DNA from: Amoebophrya sp. A120
Taxonomy: Eukaryota > Protista > Dinoflagellata
Direction of reading: 5' to 3'
NCBI GenBank assembly: GCA_905178155.1
Contig: CAJINV010000002.1
Coordinates: 13,093,295 to 13,157,294 of the forward strand
DNA: 64,000 bases
Shown: positions 26,286 to 38,200 of the stretch, piece after piece
Layout: the number at the start of each line of letters is the position of its first letter
Position numbering within the stretch: position 1 is the stretch's first letter
Translations under genes and position numbers: made by a program
The notes under the pieces: model-generated
The model's input: the letters and a program-made list of their open reading frames with translations, nothing else
Databases searched by the model: none
What the model was told of the DNA's origin: nothing

Positions 26286-29200
26286 ATGTCGGTTGAAAAC
26301 AGGAAGGCAAAAAAGGTGGGAACGGGCCACCGCATTCTCAAATCGGGTGTCCTGCAGTGGGGATGGGCGATCGCTCTCTTTGGATCGCCCAGCAGCGGCG
26401 CATTCACACCGCTGCTTGGAGTTTCCGCTTTCAAAACCTGGGTTCGCGTATGCTTTGTAAAATCACCCTCAGCATCAATTTGTAAATGCAGATTACTTAT
26501 GGCATCACAAACACAATCGAACAGCCAGTGTTTCAGATTCGACCGTGCGCGCATTACAAGTTGAAACGAGGTCGATTTGACATTGGATACAAGGGTAGTG
26601 GTCAAAGGAGGTATGCCGAGTCAGCTAGCGGTGGACATGAATCTGTGAGGGCGGGGCGCACGTCAGTAGTGGAAGGTTCTGTTCCAGCATCTTCTTCCGG
26701 CGGGCGTGTGGCACAGGCAGATGAAGTGATCCGTTCCAACACAACTACTTCGCCCTACTATAATGCGGGGGACGCGGGCGTTGCACCTTTCAATCCCGGG
26801 GGTCGGGAGTACTACAGCAGTCGTGGTGAAACACCAAGCGCAATTACCGGCTCATGGCCTGTCGCAGCCGCCGCGGGGCCGGAGCAGTGGATGCAGCAAC
26901 ACGGACAGAAACCCACGAATGCACATCATTTTGCTGCTGCACCTAGTTCCGAGGACCCGGTTCTTGATAACAAGGGCCCGCTGTCTTTTGGAGCGAATGC
27001 GGTCGTTGAGAGAGATAGCAAAAAGGGGTCCGTGACGTTGACTGGTATTATGATGTACGACCCTGTGTGGCCCCTGAGTCGACAAGGGTTCCACGAATGG
27101 TTCGAATCTCTGGAGGGTTACCCGTCTGATTCGCCACTTCTCAATAGCGTCGGTCCCAACGGAAGGCCGAGTCCCGGCCGCGTGCGCCTGCGCGTCTGCT
27201 TCCCAGGTCACCCGGGTCCAAGAGAAACGAACGCCGTCGCGAGGTTGTACGACACGGTGACGACATTCATCTCGGGGGGGACCGCTGGTGCTTGCCAGCA
27301 CTACACACTGCTATGAAACCAGGAAGAGCTCTTGCTACTTATCACTTCTAAAGGCATGCTGAGCATGACAGCGTCCGTTTCTCTTTGCATCCCTGCGGCA
27401 ATCGTTTGTGCCTGAGATGTAAGCTTTTTGTTATGAAAGATGAAGCGCCATACTACTTCTAAAATTTGTTGTACAAATATGTTATGCGACCACAAGAAGT
27501 GAACAGGCTTGACTTCTTGTCACACAACGGCGATGTTGATAGAAAGACTCTTCATTTTCATAATCGCGGGCCCGGGACTATAAAAATCTGAAAGTGCGGC
27601 AGGCGTCTGGCTTTGGCACCAACGGTGTGAAGGATATCGCGTTGCTATACCCCTTGCAAATAATCTGGCATGCTCACGAAAAATGCACATTTATTTTACC
27701 TGTGATACAGCATGCGAGTGCTCCAGTCGCAAGAAAGTGTCATGCTGGCCCAAGCATCCGCGGAAGCGGTTGTCATTGGTTTGGCAGTACTTCATCTTGC
27801 ACAGACTGTTCTGCGTTTTTCTGGGCGTAATGAGTTTTTTCCAATGCATACAATATTGAAAGTCCGCATTTCCGGCCTCGAACCCGACGTCCGGTACACG
27901 TATTCATGGTCGGTGAATCCAGCTCACGGGTCCGAGAGTAACGAGACGGTAGTACAAATTGTCTCATTTTACTTTTTGCTGTTTGAAAAGAGAAAGCGAT
28001 TGGGAAAATTTACAAAATCACGGAAATTGACGCACGATCTGATTTTGACCGAAAAGCAGTACAGTAACAGTGACGTCTGATAAATTTGACCGATGCAGCT
28101 GGTGATGAAGCAATGTGTATTTGATGCGCTAAGTAGCATGATGATAACGCAAACACCCAGCTGTTTCACGTAGATGGAGTTGGAGCCACTTCAGGAGCGA
28201 TAAAGCCAACATAAAGAATTGTTAGTGCTATTTGTGCAGTGAACTTCAGGAAAAACAAAATAGTTGCTGTTGGTAGATTGCTTCGAGAGTCGCCAGGCTC
28301 GACCACATTCATAGTGGAATAATATCATTCGGATTTTCTACCAAAGCCCTTGACGAAACTTCAGGTCGAAGAGCATTTGACACGGGGGCTGCGCTCCTTT
28401 GCTGTGAAGCGTGATTCGAAGAACAGGTCTTTGAAATTGAAAAAAAACTACCAGTCGGAATCCATCGTCCACGCAGGTTTGATGCAGCCAGCAGGCGGCT
28501 GGCAGTCGGGTCTAGCAAAGTTGTTCCTGCCGCCCGCGGATGAAGCGTCATCGCTTCGGAGTACAGTTTCATCGTCCTCCGCGACGGAGATGTACTACAA
28601 AGACCTGTCTTCGACCATTGCCGCAGCGCATACTTTTGTCGGGGACCGGAGATCTCAGGATATCTCCTACGCCGACGAAGACGACGACGAAGACGACGAC
28701 GAAGACGACGACGAAGACGACGACGAAGACGAAGACGAAGAAGTCGTTGAGGAGACCGAGGCGGTCAGACAAATCTGGAAGCACAGTGGCGGAACCTTCG
28801 CAGTGCGGCTTCGAAACCTTTTGGTTCTGGAGAAAGACTGCCTGCTGCGCTTTCAGAATTCGAACGACGTTGATGGGCACTTCGGCAAGGCGGCGAGGAA
28901 GACACATCTCTTGAACGAAGACGAGACGCAGCAGCAAGGCAATTTCGGATACCTTCGGGCACTGGTTCTGTGGCAGACGCTGGAGTCTTTTCTAAATCCG
29001 CTCGAGGCGTTCGGCTCAAACTTTCTGCCGGAATCCGTCGGAGTTTTCAGCGGCAACGAGGAAGGAATTGGACGAGCCTCCCTGAAACTGAATGAAGAAA
29101 CTCTATTGTTTCAGATCAGAAAGGGAGGGCACTTCCGATTGCACTTCGATGACTCGCGCTCAGCCGCGATTTGCTCTCTTGCAGACTTCGAGTCATTCTG

Positions 29201-32200
29201 CATCAATAACCTGTGGGACGTAGCACCGGACTCCGCCGCTGGGGAAAGCGACCTCTTGGGCCTGCCATCGCGCAGCGGGGACCGGCTTACTTCTATCCTG
29301 CGGCCTGCCTACACAACCCCAACCGACAGCTGGAAGGAGGTACAGGAGGTCAGAAAAAGAATGCTGTCTATTCCAGATACCCACAAAACGTTTTGGAAAA
29401 GCCGCGCCGGTGTGGTTCTCTCAACTGGGAGCGAGGGAGAGGATTCGCGCGTCCTGTTGGACCCGTTCGCCCCGCACTTGCGGGACGAGCCCCACGAGCG
29501 AAACGATTTTGAGAAGCTCTGCAACGCAATTGAGAGTTTGTGTGGCTTGCTGCGCGGGGACCTGATTCAACCGCAGGTGAGTTTCCACCGGAGGGCGCGC
29601 GAGTTCCTGTTGCTCGAAGCGAAGAAACACATCAAACAGCTGTCACCTGGTGTTACAGGAGCCGAAACTGCGGCGGGGCGGCAAGATTTGCTGGGCACTC
29701 GACCGCGCGATGAAGATGTTGGGCAGGAGGATCAGGAGCAAAACGCGGGGACCGTCGTCACAAACGCTTGGGGTATGGGCCTATTCATAGCATACGTTGA
29801 CGTAGGTCGGCTACTTGACTATCTGCCCGCTATTTCGCAAGATGTGGACGCACAGCTGGGAGAAAACGATCTGACATTTCCGGTGCAACGTAGCGGCGCA
29901 GCTATGTCGGTTTTTTTGCAGCACCTGACGACCAGGCTGGTGCTGATGAAAGTAGGAGCAGAGGAGTGGTATAGAGACGTGCCGAACCTCCTTCGCGGAG
30001 TGGTTCGGAAGTTGCAGCTCCTGCGGCGACACCGCGAGTCCCTCGTCGCCGGCCACGACCACGACGCGCACCCGTTTTACCACTTGGCAGACAGCCGGCT
30101 GAGCCACAGCCTTCTGGAGTTTTTCACCGCTGGCGTCTTTCGCGATCTCTATGCGGATGAAGAAGTACGAACCGGCGCAGCCTTGGTTCAGTACGCGCTT
30201 GCTCCCCCTGATGGCGATAGTGCTGATTCATCTAGCACAGCAATTTCGCAGCGTGACGTGGACCTTCTGCGGGACGCTATATCATACCTTACTGAAGCTG
30301 AGGCCTTGCATCAGCAGGAACAGGTCGCACTCAGAAGTAGGACGAATCCGTATGACTCTGCGCCGCCCTTGCCGGAGGTAGAAGAAGCGGCTCCGGCACG
30401 CGACCCCGGTTTTGCCGCTTTGTTTCGCGGCGCATGGCAGCGCCTGCTGGATCGGTATCTTGGTGTCTGGGCGCCGCCAGCGGCCTTTGAGCGCGACAAT
30501 GAAGCCGAAGCTACTTTTGCGGCAGCGAGGCACCGGCTGCAGTACTTGGCAGAGCACGAGGTATTTGGGGCTGCGACTGGAACGGACCGCATTACTGTTA
30601 CTGGTGGACGATCCGGAGAAGCTCCGACGCTGCCGCCCCATGCAGCCCATTGGACCAGCGTGGAGCTCAAGAAGGTTTGCGACTACCTGGGCAGCGCCGT
30701 CTTTTCCGATGAGCTGGACCAGTTCGGACGCTCTTATGATGCGCCTTCGGAGAACCTTCGTACAGCTGACCGAATGCAAGTCGACGAGGGGTCGCGCGAT
30801 CCTGCATTCGGCGACGGGCAAGACGCAGAGAACCAGCTGCGTGTACTTGTTGGTGCCGTTGCTGCCGCAAAGCGCTACTGGGAGGACATCGGAAAACCAG
30901 CATCATTCTCCACCATCACAAAAATCTGCGCCCATGAAGGGCATCAAGGCGAGGAAAACTTCTTGCGCAAGAACGTTTGGCATGCAAGATCCGCTGCAGC
31001 GAGGCGAATAGTAGAAAATCATCTGTACGCGCCGGATCTTTCCTACTGGGCGAACTCTCAAGATGTCGAAGGCGAAGGGCGCAAGGAAAACGAGTTCGAC
31101 GAGGCCGCCGCAACGCAAGCGGCTCTCGCCGAGGTTCGCGGTATGACCGCAGCCAATAGCCTGCGCGACAAACTTTTGGGCTTCGCCCCCGAAGGTTCGA
31201 GCGAGTATCATCTGCAAACAAGCGAAAGTGGGAGCTCTATCTCAGAAGTGCTGCAGTCGCTTCTTGGTATTCCTTTGCTCGCGCCAGCCGCTGTTGAGCC
31301 GGACAGGCTGAGAGAGGTGGAGAAAGCGTTCAAGCAGAACTGGTACCCGCTGCGTCACCGCATCCTCGAGTGGCGCACTATTGCGGCGAGAATCCGCGTC
31401 CAGCAGCAACCCGACGAACGCTCTGACCTGCGCGCGCACCCGCATATCAACGCTCCCGCGTTCCACGAAGATGTTCTCGCTACAGCCCTGGAGTCCCTCG
31501 CGGGGTTTTTGGCCGTGGTCAAGAACGGAGAAAAGCTGCACGCTCTTGAGGAGGTAGTACACCGGGATCGGCAAGACATTTCGAACTTTTTCAGCCGTCT
31601 GGGGGGCCGAGACGCAACTGAATCTCTTCACGTGGGCCACATCGATTTACTGGCTGCGACGACTCCGGTTGCAGCGCATCGGGGGGTAGGCGCACACGGT
31701 TTTGGTGGCGGGCGGTTTGTTCTCGCAGCGGAACGCGGTCCGGCCGAGCAGCAGCAGCAAGCGGTGGAGAGAATTGGGACAAGAAGCGTAGTGCCGCTCG
31801 CCACGCGGAAACTATTTCGCAGGCACCTGTCGCTTTTTCTTCATTTTCGTGGAAACGAAAATGATGTTGACAATCCTCAAGAAGACGGAGATGAAGGTGC
31901 GTCCAGACTAGATTGGAAGATCATCAGGAAAGAGCTCCACGATGAGTCCACGACTACGCCTGCCATGCTTGAAAAATCGCTTCGCGATTCGCCGCTTGTG
32001 CAGTTCGTCGACGAACTGGTGCTGGTGCGCCACCATCTAGAAGAAGCGCGCCACAAGCTTCTGCCGGAAATTGAAGGCTTTGTATCGCGCACCAGAGACC
32101 ACATACAAAGGGCGGCGGGATGCGAGCTTGTGCACAGCGCGCCACTTGCCCTCCCGCGGCGCCAGTCACGACCCGGCTCCTCAGAAGCGCCCGAAAGCGC

Positions 32201-35200
32201 AGACGACATGCAAGTCGAAACCGAACTGGAGGAAGCGAGCAGCCCCCACCACTCTGGCGAAGATAGCGCCACCAACTTGCTCGCTGAGTTCGAGAACAGA
32301 CTGACAATCGCAGACCACTATCAATTCATATACTCTGACCGTGATGGCGTGCAGCCGGGCATGATCAACAGCTCCAAGAAGAACATGGATCTGTTTGATC
32401 AAAGTGAAGAGGATGATAAGTGGATGCGGGAACAAGCAGGTGCCGGCGAGGGCGACCGGAAGCCCGCCAATTGGAAGCTGCTGGCGCGTCTGTTGCAACA
32501 AATGCCAACGTCCCTATCAGTGCTAAAGGTGTTTGAGAAGGCGATCACTGGCTCGAAGTTGATCGAGTGGCTTCTGAAGGACACAAACAAGGCCCTGGCG
32601 CTGAACGAATCAGAGGTACGGAAAATGGTGGAAGTGGCGTTGGATGGCGAAGAGAGCTCTTTCGCCGTGCAGAAGATCGACACATTCGCGACACTGTTCG
32701 TGGAGCTGAAGCCGCTCGTGGAATTTTTCCGGGAAAACAAACAGGAGACGCGAAGTGGGGAAAGCGAGCCGCAGGACGTAAATAGGGTGTCCGTATCGCA
32801 GTTGTTTTAAATTCTTCCGTTCGAGAGAGAGGACGCGCGACTGGTCCAGAAGATTGAGGAGGGTCTTCAAAACGAAGCCTGGTTCCGAAATTTGGTGGAC
32901 AACAGGCAGAAGGACGAGAAGCTGAAAACCTCAGATCAGGTCGTGAACCTGCTGGCGTACGCTAAGAAAAAGAGCCTCACCTCCTACACCCAAAGGAAAG
33001 CGGCCGCGGACCCCAAAGGAAAGCGGCCGCGGACCCCCGGACACGAGCATGTGCATGAAGTGCGTCAGCACTGTGTGGATGAATATTATGATGTTGATTT
33101 TTTCTATACATCAAAGCGAGAGATACAACTAGAAATAACGCAACAGAAGTAAACCCACTGAGTGTTATGGAGGGGGCATCTTTTCATTATGATATGCACA
33201 GCGGACAGTTCACTCTAACTTGCACGACGCGACCGCGACAGCAGGAACAATCGGCTGAAGAACAAACGCACAGCTCGTCCTCCGCCACTGCAGTGCAGGC
33301 CAGGCCTTCGCCAGCGAGAGCTTCCGACAATTCGGAGAACAAGGACGAAGACGATTGCTACCTTCCGTCGGCCTTCCTTCCGCGGATGACAGCTCTCAAG
33401 GGCTCACATACTGACGAAGCCAAGACCCAGCCTGCGCGCAAGTATGCGGCTGCCGACTTGCGGAGCTTGTGGGAGAAGGTGCAGCTCGTCGCCAGCACAA
33501 ACGACAAGCAGGAGCAACTGCGCGACTTCAATACGCTCTTTGAGGAACTGATCGCGCTTGGTGATCAATTGCGCCGGCTGCGCTACGAGTTTCAAATTCC
33601 TCTTTTTTACGACGTGGTCGTACGGGTAAGCCCTGTCAAATTATCAACGAACTATTTAGTACAGTTGCATTTTCGGCAGCTAGTTACTGCACACGGCTCA
33701 GGGGCTGGAGGAAGAGGCAGCGCAGGAGGAGACGAGCAACTCGAGAGCGAGGCGACTGTATACTTCGGTGCCAAATCCCGGGAGGACCTCCTGCCACTCC
33801 TGCGAACAATCAAGCGCAATTTGCGAACTCAAGTGGAGTATCTGTGGCAGGACGAGTTTACGTCAGCGCGCTCCAAGTTTCCGGAGTTCTTCAACCGATT
33901 CACTACCCTGCAGCTCCTTGACCTTGGGCGGCTGATCCCCGAAATCGGAAAAGATCCGCTGGCACGACGGCGGGTGGCCTGGCTGCTCGAGTGCGAAGAC
34001 GAAAGTATTTCCGGCTTCCGTCCTATCTACAGAAAAAGCACACCCATACCAGAATGAAAAAACTAGATTTGTGCATTTGCTATTTTTCTGGCATGCTGGC
34101 GATAGGACCCCGTGGGCAGAGATATCAACAACTCACGCGCCGCGCCCATTCTGGCTAGGAAGTATCTTCGCTTCGTTTTCTTTTATTGCACCCAAAAAGA
34201 CAGGCTAAGGATCTCACTCTCTCGCAGTTCGCTCCGGCTACAGTGATCTACGTTAAACTTCTATTTTGATTTTGCAACACAATAAGGGGGGAAACCTGTC
34301 ATGCAAAATGGCGACTGTAATGCCTATGCGGAGAGGAGGTATGTACGAAAAGAATTAGGCCTCTGCGGTTCACCCAGGATACTAGTAGTCGCACAAAGGA
34401 TAGTAGTCCCGCTTCTTGCATCAGTCCCTTGCTCGTAGTGACTGTCCTGAACCAGGCGACCATGACCCCAACTTCGCTCAGCTGCGGAGGCGGTACTAGT
34501 TTCGCAGTGGCTCCTTGACCGGTTTCACCCCGGCTTCTAATGGGTTTTAGCATTACTAGCTTGGGACCTGGTATTAAGAGTGTTGCTGCAGCACAGACCA
34601 TAGCCGGTTTTCGAAAATCTGCACTAACAATTTTTTTCAAGTAACATCGTGATATGGGTGTGCTTTTCCGTAGGATCCGTCCTGAAAACCATGGCGACCT
34701 TGATCCGGCACATGAGGAGATATTGGAAGATGCTGAGACCGACGAACACGAAGGGAATCCTCCTACTGTGAAGAAGATCCTGGATGCGCCACCCTATTTG
34801 TTGAAGGCCAGTGACTTCTCCGGTCTCGACTGCGACGGCGAAGAAACCGACTCCGACGAGGGCACAGCACTTGTCTCTCTTGGCGGCGATAACTATTTGA
34901 CAGGCCAGGTCGAAATGGTGCTAGGCGCACTCGCAAAGCGGATTGCAAAACTTTGGAGAAGAAAGATGAAATTTTCGGTCACAACGTCTGCTGCATTGTC
35001 TTCGTCAGAAAGCGGAGGCCTTGCACACACACGTGAAGGTGCTCCGGAGGTCGCCAACGATAGTGTAGCCACTGCCCTCATTGATTTTGATGGAACCAAG
35101 AGGACGACTGATGTCCAGAGCGGCGGCTTGTCCGTCGAGCGGCTGCCAGCTGTCTTGAGTGCCCTGCTGCGGCATGCGGAACAAGAAGCGTCTGCTGCGC

Positions 35201-38200
35201 GATTCGTTAGCGAGGCCAGCAAGTCGCAGGCTTTAATTCCAGTTGCATACGACTATGATGACGTCCGCGATGTTGAAGAATTTGACGCGGCCGCCCTGCT
35301 GAGAGCGGACGGCAGTGCGGCCCTGCCTAGTGGCGGCTCCGAGGAAAATCACCGGCAGCACAAGTTTTGGGTCCGGGTCGTGTTTGGGGATGAGCCACTG
35401 GAATTCGTTACGTCTCTCGCGCATCAGGCCAAACTGCGGCGTTTGGGGCCCGAAAGCGTCTTCTTCTGCTCGCCAAGCACGACGGCTGCCGAACTGGAGC
35501 TTTTTCTGCGCCGAGCGTTTCGATCGCCCAAAACTGTTGAGCGCTCGAAACATGATCCGACAGCGCTATTCTTCCTGCTGAATGTCGAACGGCTCTCCTA
35601 TGAAGTGGCTGTTTCTACCACAAAAACTTACTTGAGCCTGCGGCGCACGCTCTATCTCGGAGTCACAGAGCCGGCTCGAGACGGGGGAGGTCCCTCTTCC
35701 CCGCAACACTACGAGGACGAGACTTCGACGACGGCTAGCGAAAGAGGTAACTTTGCTGCAGCGGATGACGCCATAATGAAAATCGAGGAAATGAAAACCC
35801 TTCTGGTAATCCATTCGCACCCAAGCGGACGCAAACGAAGCAATTTGTTGGCTCACTTTGAGGACCGCGTCCTGGAGAACGCCCGAGAGGAACTGGAACA
35901 AAAAGTCCCAGCTAATCCACTAGATTGGGAATCGTTCGAAGCCCCACGAGCGGGGGATGACCGCGCCGCTCGTGCAGTTTTCAGTGAAGATGCCGGTGGC
36001 GGCAAATCCTGGATGGTTGAGAGGCTGTATCACACCGTATTTAGCTAGCAGTACCGTTTTTGCATATCGTTGTGGTAGAACGAAACAATCTGTCATGAGC
36101 AAATCCATCAAATTGTGTCTAGTCGCATTCACTTGCATGAGAGAGGACGTCCACTCGGTTGCAACCAGCGGGACAACGCAATATCACTGCGACAAGGAGA
36201 CTCTGCATTCACATTGAGAGCGCTGCCATTCCGTAGTTCTGTACACCGTCAAGCACAACGAGCTACTTGAGCTTCTATATTTTCTTCTTTCTGCATTGCG
36301 GTGGGGCTCTGTGTTGCATTACTTTTTTACATAAAAGTCATCGTTTTGCATTACAACTCTGCTAGCTTGTTCTTGTGATATTCTTCAGCTCGCCGACGAG
36401 CAAACCTTGAGAGATCGTGGGCTTCAGCCCCGACCACTACGAATAAACATTCCGGTTTATTCCCCACCCAGCGAAGACAGCCTTTGTGCTCGCATTCTGG
36501 ACGAGGTTTCGGCGTATCTCCATGCAGGAATGATACTATCGAAAGTGCCATCGGAGCCCGTGCTAGTAATCAAAAAGAATCTTATTTTTTGAGAATGTAT
36601 GTTGTCTGAGGTTTTGATTAGCCGAGTACATCTGAACCATTTGTCGCAGCTCGCTCGTCGTGCAATACCTCAAAGGCCCTTTATGCGTGACCCTGAGAAA
36701 AATAAAAATTTACTCGCAAAATGATTTGAAATATTAAGATGCCTCTCTTTTTGATTCCTTGTGCCAGCAGTGCAATTTTCGGTTTGATAGGGAAACAAAG
36801 ACCACCCTGGCGACAGCAAGAAGCAGGGGGCAACGGCCACCGATTCCATGGAACATAACAACTTTTATGTGTCCTTGCACCTAGATATCGGTGCCGGCGT
36901 GCCCATGCGCCACACTCTCCTCAATGAGCTGCTATTCAAGCTGGTCGTGTTACGTCGGTGGGTCGACGCCCGCGACCGCGTCTGGCGCTTCAGCGACCGG
37001 GACCGCCTTTTTGTGGAGTCGAGCAATCGATGGGTGGTGGGCGACCGCTTGTCGTTCGCGCGACACCTGCAAGTCTTTAATGTGCCATCGCCGCAAGCTT
37101 TACTGAATCGCTCCGCTGTCCTCCCGCAAAGCAATTTACCGCTCGATGAAAATGCGAGGATTCAAGAACGCATGATGCGCTGGCAGCTCGAAGCAGTTCG
37201 GGGCGAAGCGAAGGCCGATGTTCTGCTCCTGGGTGTTGGCAATATAGAGGAACACCAGGATCGCCCGCAAATAGAAACTGCAACGAACAAAATCTGGCGG
37301 GATGCAGCCTGGTTCGCAGCGCGTCTTCCCGATCGAAGCCAGGACAGAATACGCAGCGCAAATGTGTTAGAGTCGGTGAACAAGGCTGAGGTGCGGAATA
37401 CTTCGCTAAATCGAAGCAACAGGTCATGATGTCTGCAGAGCAGGCTATTCGCGTTTTGATGTTGTAATTTTTTTTCCGTACCGGATCATTGCAACGAAGC
37501 GGGAGCGGGATTGAAAAATGTATTAAATAGGTAGATTATGATTGCATGATTGCCGACCCATATTTTTAGTCTTGGAGAACAACATGGGCACTCATCCTAC
37601 TTTGTATAGTTCAAGAAGAAGGCACTTGCGCACTGTATGTGAAGCGTTGTGTATAACGTCGAGAAGTAGTAGTAGTTTGCAAGCTAAAATAGCCTCAGTG
37701 ATCATCTTGCTCGTCAAACATTTGCTATTTGAGTGGATAAAACGACGATCTCTGGGACCTTTGGAAGCCAAAATCCCATTTCTCACGGCCGCGTGGGTGG
37801 GCGCCATGCGAGAAACAAGAAAACGAAATCCCTGGTGAGATGTTGAGCGACCGCAACGTACTTGGAAGGCTTATTGCCTTGAGCGAGCAAGAAAATCCGA
37901 CATGGACGGTGCTTGTTTCGTTCGTGAAGCTCATTGCGTATCTCGACGAGCTTTTGCATTTCGCTCTGGACGAAAAGATCACGCTTTGGACATTAATGGA
38001 ACAAAACGAAGGGCTGCAGGGCAGCAACCACTCGACCATGGCGCATTCGTTTAAGCACTTCGCGATGGAAAGAGCAAGGTTGGCCGCGATCGATTTTGCC
38101 ACTCCCAGCCGCGAAATTGTTGAAACGTTCGAAGGGACGGGTGCCGCCTCCAGCGGAGTACCTGCCGCCAGTCGAAACCGCCGCGGATGGGAGGAGCGCG

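Noticed and set aside
28320-28322. In-frame TAA upstream of ORF 28350 as a recoded stop
   Set aside because: It falls inside the GT-AG intron 27949-28346.
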